Shown here in pieces: positions 18,210 through 26,277 of a DNA stretch of 32,000 nt; the first letter of the stretch is position 1, and each line of letters starts with the position of its first letter. The notes beneath the pieces were generated by a model, which ran no database searches, was not told the origin of the DNA, and saw only the letters and a list, made by a program, of their open reading frames with translations. A program made the translations under genes and the position numbers. The DNA is taken from the NCBI RefSeq assembly GCF_001997385.1, contig NZ_CP019633.1:1530001-1562000 (forward strand), given 5' to 3'. Source of the DNA: Sedimentisphaera cyanobacteriorum (GTDB taxonomy: Bacteria; Planctomycetota; Phycisphaerae; Sedimentisphaerales; Sedimentisphaeraceae).

Positions 18210-20087
18210 TCAATTTCCCTGCGTTGCGAGCGGGAAGGACGTTCGGCGAAGTACTGTTGCCCCTATAGGCTTCAGATTTACATTAACCGGCCGCCCCTTT
18301 TTATCAAGCATTACCCCTGAGAGCTGAACCGTCGGCTTTGCCCATGGGTGAATGTAATCGCCTTGAATTTTCTCAAATGAGAAGTTCGGTTTGTGCGGGA
18401 GCTTATAATTCCAGCCTTTACGTTCTTTTGCCTTCGTGTCATACACCTTGCCGTTCGTCGGGAGCTTAGTCATTTGATGTTCTATCGGCAGAGCATACAC
18501 AAGAGGGCCTCTTTGGATGTAAAACTGGGAATCAGGCTTGTCTTGGGTAATTTCAATTGGAAAATCAAACGAAACAGCAAAGCTGTCCCCGCTTTCCCAA
18601 GTGCGGCTGATAATAAGATAATCACCCTTGCGGCGGAAGTTTTTCAAACCTGCGATTTTAACTCCTTCGGCCTTTTCAGGAATACGCAAAGACAGAACAA
18701 ACTCGACGGGCTTTGCAGGAGAAACTTCAAACTCGAGCTTATCAGAAAACGGATAGGCCGTAAGCTCTTTAATCTGCACCTTCGTCCCCTTCACATCTGT
18801 ATCAACCGTACAGGGTCCTAAAAGCTGGGCAGTAAGCCCGTTTTGGCTTCTCATCCACATACCTTCAACGTAATAAGGCATAAGACGTCCAGCATTGAGG
18901 CTGCAGCATGCAGCAGCTCCATGGAAGGATGCGTATGCGTAGCGCTGTCCGTGGCCTTCCGGTGATGCGGCAATTCTGTTGTCAGTGCTCAAGTAAGCGA
19001 CGGCTTTAAGAACAGGCAAACGAACTCCCTGCCCTGCATTAAAGGTCATAGATTCTGCAATTTCGGCAATTTCTGCTTTGCCTGTCAATGCCACAAGCTT
19101 GGTTAGAGACTGCACTAATTCAGCAATTCCGCAATACTCATAACCTGCTTCTGCTGTTCCCGGATTTCCTTTAACATTTTCCGCACATACCATCGCCCCG
19201 CTCGGGGTGAGGTGGTATTTGAGCTTCTCGACAGCCCTGTCTGCGGCTTTATCATACTTTGCATCATCTGTTAAAGAAGCAATAAACCGCGGAACGAAAA
19301 ACCCCTCCGCTATATGAGCGCCGTGTCTTTGGAAGTACTTATCGCTCAGCAGGATATCAGTTTTAAGGTCGTCGTCTCTGGGTGTGCCTGAATTGAAATC
19401 CTCGTAGAGCTTTACGGCGTAGGCGGCGTATTTTTTATCTCCTGTATTATTATAGAGATACCAGAGCGTATCAAAAAAGCCTACACCATGACTCGCGCCG
19501 CCTTGTTTTGCATTGAAATAGTTTCCGGGGTCTTCGGCTATAGTTAGATCAACAGCCTTTTTCACAGCCTTAAAGTATTTCTGCTCTCCTGTAAACTCAT
19601 AACCTGCAATAAGAGCCTGAAAAATCCTGCTCTGCGTCCAAAGCTCACCATTCAAGCCTGTATGGTTGAAACGGGTATTCGGCTCGTCTCCTGCTTTATA
19701 GATTCCAATGTAGCGTTTTTGAGCCTCAACAATTTCATCAAGCCATGCAATCGCTTTTTGTTTGAAGGCATTATGGCCGGAAAGAAAAGCCATACGCAAA
19801 ACGCCGTCTTTCCAGTAGCCTTCGTGCTCGCCGCTCCACCAGCACTTAAGCCCGTGGTACCTCTCTCCGCTGATTCTGTCCTTTTTTACAAACAGATTAT
19901 GAGTAACTGTGTGGTTCACCTCGTCGTACCGGGCGTAGTAGCCTTCTTCAAGGTCGAGATGCATCTGCTCTTTGATCCAGCCGGACGGCTGAATCTCGCC
20001 GCCTTCAAGGAAATCCAGCTTCGATGCAAGGCAGAAAACCTGCAAACAGCAGATAAAGAAAACAGTAAGCTTTAATTTAAACAACAT
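18210..20087 (-). CDS. Secreted glycoside hydrolase, GH127/DUF1680-like (beta-L-arabinofuranosidase family), tentative
   Basis: 625 aa with signal peptide MLFKLKLTVFFICCLQVFCLAS. The size, a YEYCGIAE (E-x-C) segment and a later AACCSLNAGR (CC-x-x-N-x-x-R) segment resemble, from my memory of the family, the Glu/Cys and Cys-Cys zinc-site motifs of GH127. The family call is not verified. Confidence 0.5.
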   Translation of the reverse strand: MLFKLKLTVFFICCLQVFCLASKLDFLEGGEIQPSGWIKEQMHLDLEEGYYARYDEVNHTVTHNLFVKKDRISGERYHGLKCWWSGEHEGYWKDGVLRMAFLSGHNAFKQKAIAWLDEIVEAQKRYIGIYKAGDEPNTRFNHTGLNGELWTQSRIFQALIAGYEFTGEQKYFKAVKKAVDLTIAEDPGNYFNAKQGGASHGVGFFDTLWYLYNNTGDKKYAAYAVKLYEDFNSGTPRDDDLKTDILLSDKYFQRHGAHIAEGFFVPRFIASLTDDAKYDKAADRAVEKLKYHLTPSGAMVCAENVKGNPGTAEAGYEYCGIAELVQSLTKLVALTGKAEIAEIAESMTFNAGQGVRLPVLKAVAYLSTDNRIAASPEGHGQRYAYASFHGAAACCSLNAGRLMPYYVEGMWMRSQNGLTAQLLGPCTVDTDVKGTKVQIKELTAYPFSDKLEFEVSPAKPVEFVLSLRIPEKAEGVKIAGLKNFRRKGDYLIISRTWESGDSFAVSFDFPIEITQDKPDSQFYIQRGPLVYALPIEHQMTKLPTNGKVYDTKAKERKGWNYKLPHKPNFSFEKIQGDYIHPWAKPTVQLSGVMLDKKGRPVNVNLKPIGATVLRRTSFPLATQGN

Positions 20088-20250
20088 TTCACAAAATCCT
20101 TTTAATTAAATAATATTCCACACGCAATGCTTTATAAATCAAAAAGCATTTTACGTTTATTTCATATATCAGCTGAATGAATGTTTTTACGAAATCCTCA
20201 GACAATTTTTGAAATAATTTTACTGCCTTGCTCATTTTTACGAGATAGCA

Positions 20251-20284
20251 AAAAAAAGGAGCCCCCTTTTCAGGGAGCTCCTTA
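20251..20284 (-). terminator. Rho-independent terminator after the tandem LamG-protein genes
   Basis: The minus strand reads GGAGCTCCC-TGAAAA-GGGGGCTCC, a 9 bp stem with one G-U pair, followed by T8. Confidence 0.75.
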
Positions 20285-20312
20285 GAGTTATTAAAGTATC
20301 TTCGGGTAAAGA

Positions 20313-22481
20313 TTAGTCAAGCTGAGGATAGAGATTAGATTCATTCCAGTCCACGGCCATCATAGCGAAATCAGCCAAATCAACCTTGCAGTCTCCATTG
20401 AAATCGAACTGGAGGTCTTCAGAGTACGGATCTTTACAGAAGCTTTCTCCTGTAATATCGTAATACTCCTGAGCAATCTGGTCAGTTGTGAGTGCGTAGT
20501 TGTACATCTTTATCTCATCGAAAACGCCGGGGGTATGCCGCCAGAGAACGCCGTCCTGATCACGCCTATCGCACATAAGCTGAACCGGGAGCAGGTGTTT
20601 ATTAATTTCAAACGAATCACTTGCTGCGACCAGTGCACCATTAACATACAGATTCAGCTGTGAGTCTTCATTGTTCACGAAAGCCAGATGCGACCATTCG
20701 CCTGGAGTAATCTGGTTATCTATGGGGGCTGTTAAGGGATTATAATTAGGGGTGTTTCCAGCAATCTGCCCATCTTGGTTAAGACCAAACCACCAGTTAT
20801 TCTCAAGCTCACGGTCGGTAGAGCAAACGAGTCCTGTCAAAAAATCGGTAGCTGCCTCAGGGCCTGCCCATTTAAGCCAGAAAGTTATTGAAATTTCGCT
20901 GGTGTATTTTGCCGGCTCGAAAGGCTCAGTCTCAGCTGCTGCCAGAGCATTGGGTTCTGTATCAAGAGCCTGTCCGGTGCTTGCAGGGTCAACCCCGTCA
21001 ACCCACTGGCTTTCCAGAGGCGTGGTGTTCGGGTCTGCATGATGCTCATCGCCTGAATAGTCGAGGTAATCACCATCGAGAGGCCAGTAGCCAATCATAC
21101 GCTTAACGCCGAGCCTGGCAGAATCAGAATCAGCATTTCCGTTTGTGTTGCTCGCACGGCAGAAATATTCGCCCTGATCTGCTTTTTCAATATTTGAAAC
21201 GGTGAGGCTTGATGCGTAGCTGTCGCCATGCTGGGAAACTGAGATTGTTATATCGGCATCAAAATCGTCAACTATTGTTTCCGGGTCGCCTGCCTTCACC
21301 CACTCAACTGCTGCTGGAGTTTTGCTTGTGAAGGCTGCATTGAATGTAAGCTCAGAGCCCGGAAAATCTGCAGCATCTTCCGGGGAGTCAGTAATAGCGG
21401 GTATTGCAGGAAGAGCCTCGAAATGCCAGATAGGGCCAGTTATGTTGCTTGGAGAGCCCTCAGCTGCCCCGCTGATCTGCTCTTCCACCTGCCAGTAGAT
21501 CTCATCACCCAGCGAGAACGATATTGGAATTTCCAGAGGGTCGCTGCCGGCAGGCAAAAACGCGCTTACAGCTTCAACATTATTGCTCGGGTCTTCCGGG
21601 TCGTAAGTTGAATACGCTGTAACGAAATGGCCTGTAACATCGGGGTTTGGATTAGATGTGTTGGCCGGATCGCCTGCTGTATCAAACTGAAGCGAGGTAA
21701 CGGCAGCAGGGTCAACATTTACTGCCCCGTTTGCAGGGACAGGATTCCTCGGGAGCTGCTCCATATCGATTACATCATCAAAAATCTGTCCTCTCATTTC
21801 CATTCCGGTGGTGCCGTTCAGATTATCAGAGTAACCCTGCACAAGAAGTTCGGGTACGTCGTCCTCCGGAGTCCCAAGTCCCCCGTAATCCAAGCAGTTG
21901 CCTCCGCCTTCCGGTGTAAAACCGAGGAAAGTTACAGAAGTATTGCCTGAGAGATTCGCTGAGCCTGATGTTCCGGAAATTGTTTCGGTATAAAGCCGGC
22001 CGTTGATAAGAACAGTTAGCTCGCCTGTATTCGTGTTGAATGAAGCCACAACCTCTGTTTCTATGTTCGGATAAACAGGAGCCATAACAACTGCTGCTGT
22101 GCTGTCCGATGCATCGGTATCATATAGGCCGTCTATTGGCTGATTTGAACCGCCAATTCCGTTAGCCCCCTTTGAGGCAAACGTAAGCATACCGTCGCAG
22201 ATATAGATTCCGTTTCCGTAATGCACGCCGCCTACTTCAAGAATAACGACAGGGCCGTCGGTTTTAGTGGTATCAGCTTCAGAGGGTGTAAACTTCGCAG
22301 CTAACGTGATCGTGCCTGAACCGGTTATGCCCCCCATATCATCGGCGTTGCCGCACTGCCTTTCTGTATAATCAACCATGGCCTGGGCGTCATCAAAGCC
22401 GGGGACAATAGCCCCTGCAAAAAGCGATGATGAAACAGCAAGACAGCATATAAATACAAGAATTTTATATATATTCGTCAT
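20313..22481 (-). CDS. Secreted multidomain protein: N-terminal jelly-roll-like region, Ig-like domain, LamG_3-like domain, C-terminal dockerin/EF-hand-like Ca-binding motif (paralog A)
   Basis: Signal peptide MTNIYKILVFICCLAVSSSLFAG. An Ig I-set-like strand pattern reads EWVKAGDP...SSLTVSNIEKADQGEYFCRASNTNG. The LamG_3-type entry is GYWPLDGDYLDYSGDEHH with the closure FDEIKMYNYALT. The C-terminus is DFNGDCKVDLADFAMMAVDW. Confidence 0.7.
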   Translation of the reverse strand: MTNIYKILVFICCLAVSSSLFAGAIVPGFDDAQAMVDYTERQCGNADDMGGITGSGTITLAAKFTPSEADTTKTDGPVVILEVGGVHYGNGIYICDGMLTFASKGANGIGGSNQPIDGLYDTDASDSTAAVVMAPVYPNIETEVVASFNTNTGELTVLINGRLYTETISGTSGSANLSGNTSVTFLGFTPEGGGNCLDYGGLGTPEDDVPELLVQGYSDNLNGTTGMEMRGQIFDDVIDMEQLPRNPVPANGAVNVDPAAVTSLQFDTAGDPANTSNPNPDVTGHFVTAYSTYDPEDPSNNVEAVSAFLPAGSDPLEIPISFSLGDEIYWQVEEQISGAAEGSPSNITGPIWHFEALPAIPAITDSPEDAADFPGSELTFNAAFTSKTPAAVEWVKAGDPETIVDDFDADITISVSQHGDSYASSLTVSNIEKADQGEYFCRASNTNGNADSDSARLGVKRMIGYWPLDGDYLDYSGDEHHADPNTTPLESQWVDGVDPASTGQALDTEPNALAAAETEPFEPAKYTSEISITFWLKWAGPEAATDFLTGLVCSTDRELENNWWFGLNQDGQIAGNTPNYNPLTAPIDNQITPGEWSHLAFVNNEDSQLNLYVNGALVAASDSFEINKHLLPVQLMCDRRDQDGVLWRHTPGVFDEIKMYNYALTTDQIAQEYYDITGESFCKDPYSEDLQFDFNGDCKVDLADFAMMAVDWNESNLYPQLD

Positions 22482-22527
22482 TTTATATTCTCCATAAAAA
22501 AGTTAGTATCTACCTTATAAACGCTGA

Positions 22528-24666
22528 CTACTCAGCTGCTCCGGTGAATATCTTACTATTCAGCCAGTCAACTGATACAGCAGCAAGGTCATCAAGCCCT
22601 ACTTCACAGTCGCCGTTTATGTCGTAAACGAGGTTCTCAGCATTCGGCTCAACACAAATCTGCTCGCCGGTTACGTCGTAATAGATTCCGGCAATTTCTT
22701 CAGGACTCATAGCATAGTTATACAGCCTTACATCGTCCATAACCGCCTCAATCATATTGTCAATGTTCTCTTGAGTAGAGCCAAGGATAACAGGACGGGA
22801 GGTGTCGTTGATGCTGTATCTGCCAGGATTGGTTATAGCAACCTGAGAGCCGTTGATATAGAACGCTCCTACTTCATCTTTTGAAGAGGTGAATGCTATG
22901 TGCACCCATTCATCAGGAGAAATCTGGGCAAACTGATAGGCGTCATATCCCGGAGCATTTACCCTGACTATTCCGTTTCTGTTGTCTATCTCCAAGAACC
23001 AGTTAATCACTGAATCATCACGAGAGCTGAAAATGCCGCGCCAGATTACGCCGTAATCATCGGTGCCCGGCCATTTCAGCCAGAGAGATGCCGTAATTTC
23101 GTCTGTGTATTCAGCGGCGTTGAAGGGCTCGGTTTCGCCTGTTGATTCCCTTCTGCCGATTGTGCTTAATGCCTGGCCTGTCTGAGCTGGAGCAACGCCG
23201 TCAACCCACTGTGCCGGATCAGGTTCTCCGTAAGGCGTAACATCATGACCTTCCCCGGAATAGTCCTGATAGTCCCCGTCGAGAGGCCAGTAGCCAACCA
23301 TACGCTTAACAGCTAAAGCCGCTGAGCTGGACTGAGTATCTCCGTCGGTATTAGATGCAAGGCAGTAGTAATAGCCTTGGTCTGCAACTTCTGCATTATC
23401 AATGTAGAGCGTTGAGGTGTAGCTGTCCCCGTCCTGAGCAAGCTCAATGGTTACATCCGGATCGGATTCAAGAAGCTCGGTATCAGGGTCGCCTTCTTTA
23501 TACCAAGCAGCGGATGCAGCGGTTTTGCTTGTGAAAGAAAATTCGAAAACAGCCTGCTCGCCTGCAAATACTGCCTGATCTTCCGGCTGAGAAACAGCAG
23601 CAGGAACTGGAGGAAGCGTTTCAAAGCTCCATACCGGGCTTAGTATGTTAGCCGAATCACCTTCAGGAGCTCCGTTTATCTGCTCCTCAACTCTCCAGAA
23701 AACTTCCTGCCCGAGATCGAGCTCGAATGTTTCAGGGGTATTGATGGGCACAGTAATAGGATCGCTTCCTGCTGGAACAAAAGTTTCGTACAGCGGAGGA
23801 AGCCCAAGATTCGGATCGCCGTTCAGGCCTTGATAGAATGTAACGAAATGACCTGTAACATCAGGATGCTGAGAACCCGGGTTAGCAGGGTCTTCTGCGG
23901 TTTCAAAGGCTGCCTCAGAAACAACATCTGGATCAATATTAACGGAAGATGTTGCAGGAGCTGGGTTGTTAGCCATAAGGTTGGGGTTTACAGCAATTCC
24001 AAAAATCTGCCCTCTTACGGGCTCGCCGGCAACTCCGTCAAATATCCATGTGTTACTTTGATTTAAGAAAGGATTTTCCTGATCATTTCCGCCGCTCAAT
24101 CCGCCCATATGAATAGACAGAGCCTGATCACCCAAGAAAGCCACTGTCTGATTTCCAGTAAGGTTATCAGAGCTGACAGCGTTAACAAGATAGCGGATTT
24201 CGGTGTTTCCGTTTACGGAAGTTAAGATCATGCCGGTAGTTAGATTAAGCGATGCATAAACAGTATTTTCCTGCCCTGCTATCGCCTCTCCCATCTCAAC
24301 AGACATAGCACCGTCAGTACCGTCAAGGTCTGTCAGTTCGCGAGCTCCATCATCTGCGCCGGTTCTGAGGGCGAATACAAACTCACCGTTGCAGATGTAA
24401 ATTCCGCTTCCGTGAAGCGTTCCGCCTGCTTCGATTATTACAACTGGGCCGGATTCTTCGGTAACGTCCAGCTGTGAGGGGGTGATTTTGGCTGCGTGTG
24501 TGATAGTGCTGCCGGGATTCAATGCAGAAATATCTCCACCTGAACCGTCTTTTGCAGCAGTGTAATCCACGAGGGCATCGCCGTCGTCAAACCAAGAGAC
24601 TATATCCCCTGCCATGGCGGATGCCGCAAAAAAACAACAAAGAAAGGTTAAAAGCACTTTTTTCAT
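22528..24666 (-). CDS. Secreted multidomain LamG/Ig-like/dockerin-like protein (paralog B)
   Basis: Signal peptide MKKVLLTFLCCFFAASAMAG. It aligns end to end with paralog A through shared blocks: PDVTGHFVT, PAGSDP, FTSKT, DGDSY, ADQGYYYCLASNTDG, GYWPLDGDYQDYSG, QWVDGV, TGQAL. The C-terminus is DINGDCEVGLDDLAAVSVDW. Confidence 0.7.
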   Translation of the reverse strand: MKKVLLTFLCCFFAASAMAGDIVSWFDDGDALVDYTAAKDGSGGDISALNPGSTITHAAKITPSQLDVTEESGPVVIIEAGGTLHGSGIYICNGEFVFALRTGADDGARELTDLDGTDGAMSVEMGEAIAGQENTVYASLNLTTGMILTSVNGNTEIRYLVNAVSSDNLTGNQTVAFLGDQALSIHMGGLSGGNDQENPFLNQSNTWIFDGVAGEPVRGQIFGIAVNPNLMANNPAPATSSVNIDPDVVSEAAFETAEDPANPGSQHPDVTGHFVTFYQGLNGDPNLGLPPLYETFVPAGSDPITVPINTPETFELDLGQEVFWRVEEQINGAPEGDSANILSPVWSFETLPPVPAAVSQPEDQAVFAGEQAVFEFSFTSKTAASAAWYKEGDPDTELLESDPDVTIELAQDGDSYTSTLYIDNAEVADQGYYYCLASNTDGDTQSSSAALAVKRMVGYWPLDGDYQDYSGEGHDVTPYGEPDPAQWVDGVAPAQTGQALSTIGRRESTGETEPFNAAEYTDEITASLWLKWPGTDDYGVIWRGIFSSRDDSVINWFLEIDNRNGIVRVNAPGYDAYQFAQISPDEWVHIAFTSSKDEVGAFYINGSQVAITNPGRYSINDTSRPVILGSTQENIDNMIEAVMDDVRLYNYAMSPEEIAGIYYDVTGEQICVEPNAENLVYDINGDCEVGLDDLAAVSVDWLNSKIFTGAAE

Positions 24667-24827
24667 AATAATGCCTCCGAAATAAAAAAAATAATATTAA
24701 CAGGCAGCGTCCGCGACGCCGCTACTAATTACTTATTTTTGCCTGACTAAACACAAATTTTTAATTCCTACGGTTTTGTCAGTCATTTACATTAAAACGC
24801 TTTATATACAAATACAAGTTTAAGAAC

Positions 24828-24862
24828 AATTTTTGCAATTTTTCTAATAATTTTTGCAATTT
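24828..24862. repeat. Two copies of a 14 nt direct repeat, AATTTTTGCAATTT, with 21 bp phasing, upstream of the LamG-protein operon
   Basis: The copies are at 24828-24841 and 24849-24862 on the plus strand. Each contains the palindromic core TTGCAA. They lie about 160-195 nt upstream of the ATG at 24666. Confidence 0.55.
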
Positions 24863-24900
24863 AATTCGAAATTTACCATCCCTGCTTTAAATTTGCGCAT

Positions 24901-24932
24901 AAAAAAAAAAGCTGCCGCAATTAACGGCAGCT
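24901..24932 (-). terminator. Rho-independent terminator after the encapsulin gene
   Basis: The minus strand reads AGCTGCCG-TTAATTG-CGGCAGCT, a perfect 8 bp stem, followed by T9-10. It starts 28 nt after the stop codon. Confidence 0.85.
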
Positions 24933-24959
24933 TTACTTAGCTTTATGATAATTTCAGAT

Positions 24960-25760
24960 TCAGCCGAACACTGCAGCGGCTTTCGGTTCGAGAACTCTGA
25001 AAGTAAATGATTCTGTTATAAAGAACTCTACATCTGTTTTGTTGTGGCTTGCATATCCTACAGAGAAATCCTTGCCGACTGTGAGCTCGAAATCTCCGCC
25101 TCTTCCAGAAAGCAGGACGCCGCCATCGACAGCCTTCGACAAGATTATTTCTCCGCCGGCGAGCAGGTCTGAAACTGTTCTGTAAGGCGGATACCCTCCG
25201 CCGGCAGCTCCCATAAGCTCGTAGTACTGGTCTGCGGAAAGTACAAGATTGAACGGGCCTGTAATTCCTGCTGAGGTAAGGGCTTTTACAGCCTTGGCAA
25301 CAGCAGCAGGATATTTAGATGCAGATTCAGGAAGCTTGATTTTATCGTGCTCGCTGGCCTCAATGATTCCTGTGATTCCGGCTTCCTTGAAGCCCTGATA
25401 AATCACTTTATCCTCAAATACAGCGGCCTTCGCTGCTACTTCCTGTACTGGGTCGAGATCAACGTCGCTTGAGCCTCTCGTGAGATTATCGATCTCCATC
25501 TGCTTCAGAACAAAAGGCTCGCGAACCTCTATTAGGCTCTGAGTTTTTCTTATTCCCCAGCACAGCTGATCCTTGCCTTTGCTCTCAAGCTCAAGCCTTC
25601 CGGTGTTTACCGCGCCGAGCTCCCAGCCGAATGGGCCGTTGAAATCCACCACTTTTCTGCTGGTTATAACATTTCTAATGGCATCTGCTGCTTCATTGTC
25701 TATTTCAGCCCATGCATTTTCGCTAACTGGGGCAAATTCTCTTTTAAGTATAGTAGGCAT
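24960..25760 (-). CDS. Encapsulin nanocompartment shell protein, family 1 (HK97 fold, linocin M18-like)
   Basis: 266 aa. From memory it aligns throughout with T. maritima-type encapsulins: ILKREFAPVSENAWAEIDNEA, FNGPFGWE, IEVREPF, DNLTRG..DVDL, FEDKVIY, GPFNLVLS, SGRGGDFELTVGKDFSVGY, FITESFTFRVLEP. GGAGG lies 7 nt upstream of the ATG. Confidence 0.92.
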   Translation of the reverse strand: MPTILKREFAPVSENAWAEIDNEAADAIRNVITSRKVVDFNGPFGWELGAVNTGRLELESKGKDQLCWGIRKTQSLIEVREPFVLKQMEIDNLTRGSSDVDLDPVQEVAAKAAVFEDKVIYQGFKEAGITGIIEASEHDKIKLPESASKYPAAVAKAVKALTSAGITGPFNLVLSADQYYELMGAAGGGYPPYRTVSDLLAGGEIILSKAVDGGVLLSGRGGDFELTVGKDFSVGYASHNKTDVEFFITESFTFRVLEPKAAAVFG

Positions 25761-25762
25761 AA

Positions 25763-26137
25763 TTATCCTCCATTCTTCATTGAACCAATATTAAGGCTTG
25801 AACCATCGCTCCCTGCGGGCTGGTCTTCGCCGCCGCCTTCTTCTGCATCCTCAATCTGAGTTATGGGTGCAGTTGTGTTGAGATAAGTCTGAAGCTCTTC
25901 ATTAAATGCAGAAATCTTCCTTCTCAGCCACTCAGTAAGCATAGCAGCGTGTTCGAGCTCTTCGTTCCTGTTGTGTTCAAGTATCTCTTTAAGCTCGGGG
26001 TCTTTTGCGCAAGATGCCCTTTCGCCGTACCAATGAGCCGCTTCAAGCTCTTCCATAAGGCTTGATATAGCTCTTCTCTCCTCAAGGATCTGCTCGGGTA
26101 AATTTTCCACAGGTTCGTGGAGACTTTCCAGCGCCAT
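25763..26137 (-). CDS. Encapsulated ferritin (EncFtn) cargo protein with C-terminal encapsulin targeting peptide
   Basis: Di-iron ligand context MEELEAAHWY and HNRNEELEHAAMLTEWLRR. A flexible acidic/Gly linker leads to the C-terminal SLNIGSMKNGG, which matches the family-1 cargo-loading peptide pattern (S-L-x-I-G-S-L-K). The stop codon is 2 nt from the encapsulin start. Confidence 0.88.
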   Translation of the reverse strand: MALESLHEPVENLPEQILEERRAISSLMEELEAAHWYGERASCAKDPELKEILEHNRNEELEHAAMLTEWLRRKISAFNEELQTYLNTTAPITQIEDAEEGGGEDQPAGSDGSSLNIGSMKNGG

Positions 26138-26231
26138 ATTGTTCTCCTTTTCCTAAAATATTCTAATAAACTGTTTAATCTTTATAAAGGTTACCAAACC
26201 AGAATTTACAGTCAAGTTTTTTACTAAAGAA

Positions 26232-26245
26232 AACAAATATTTGTT
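26232..26245. promoter_or_regulatory. Perfect 14 bp palindrome AACAAATATTTGTT upstream of EncFtn (candidate operator)
   Basis: The sequence is self-complementary. It lies about 95-108 nt upstream of the EncFtn ATG and 16 nt upstream of a TTGACT hexamer (26215..26210). Confidence 0.35.
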
Positions 26246-26277
26246 CAAAAAAGAATTGTTAAATATTGAATTGCCTG

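Noticed and set aside
20313-24666. Possibility that the tandem LamG/Ig paralogs are a diversity-generating retroelement target/template pair
   Set aside because: There is no reverse transcriptase gene in the window and no long near-identical template/variable repeat. The similarity is spread over the whole length at the protein level, as expected of ordinary diverged paralogs.
26232-26250. The AT-rich palindrome plus TTCTTT as a terminator between the GT and EncFtn genes
   Set aside because: The stem would be almost entirely A-T (AACAA/TTGTT) with a short interrupted U-tract. It is far weaker than the four clear terminators in the window.
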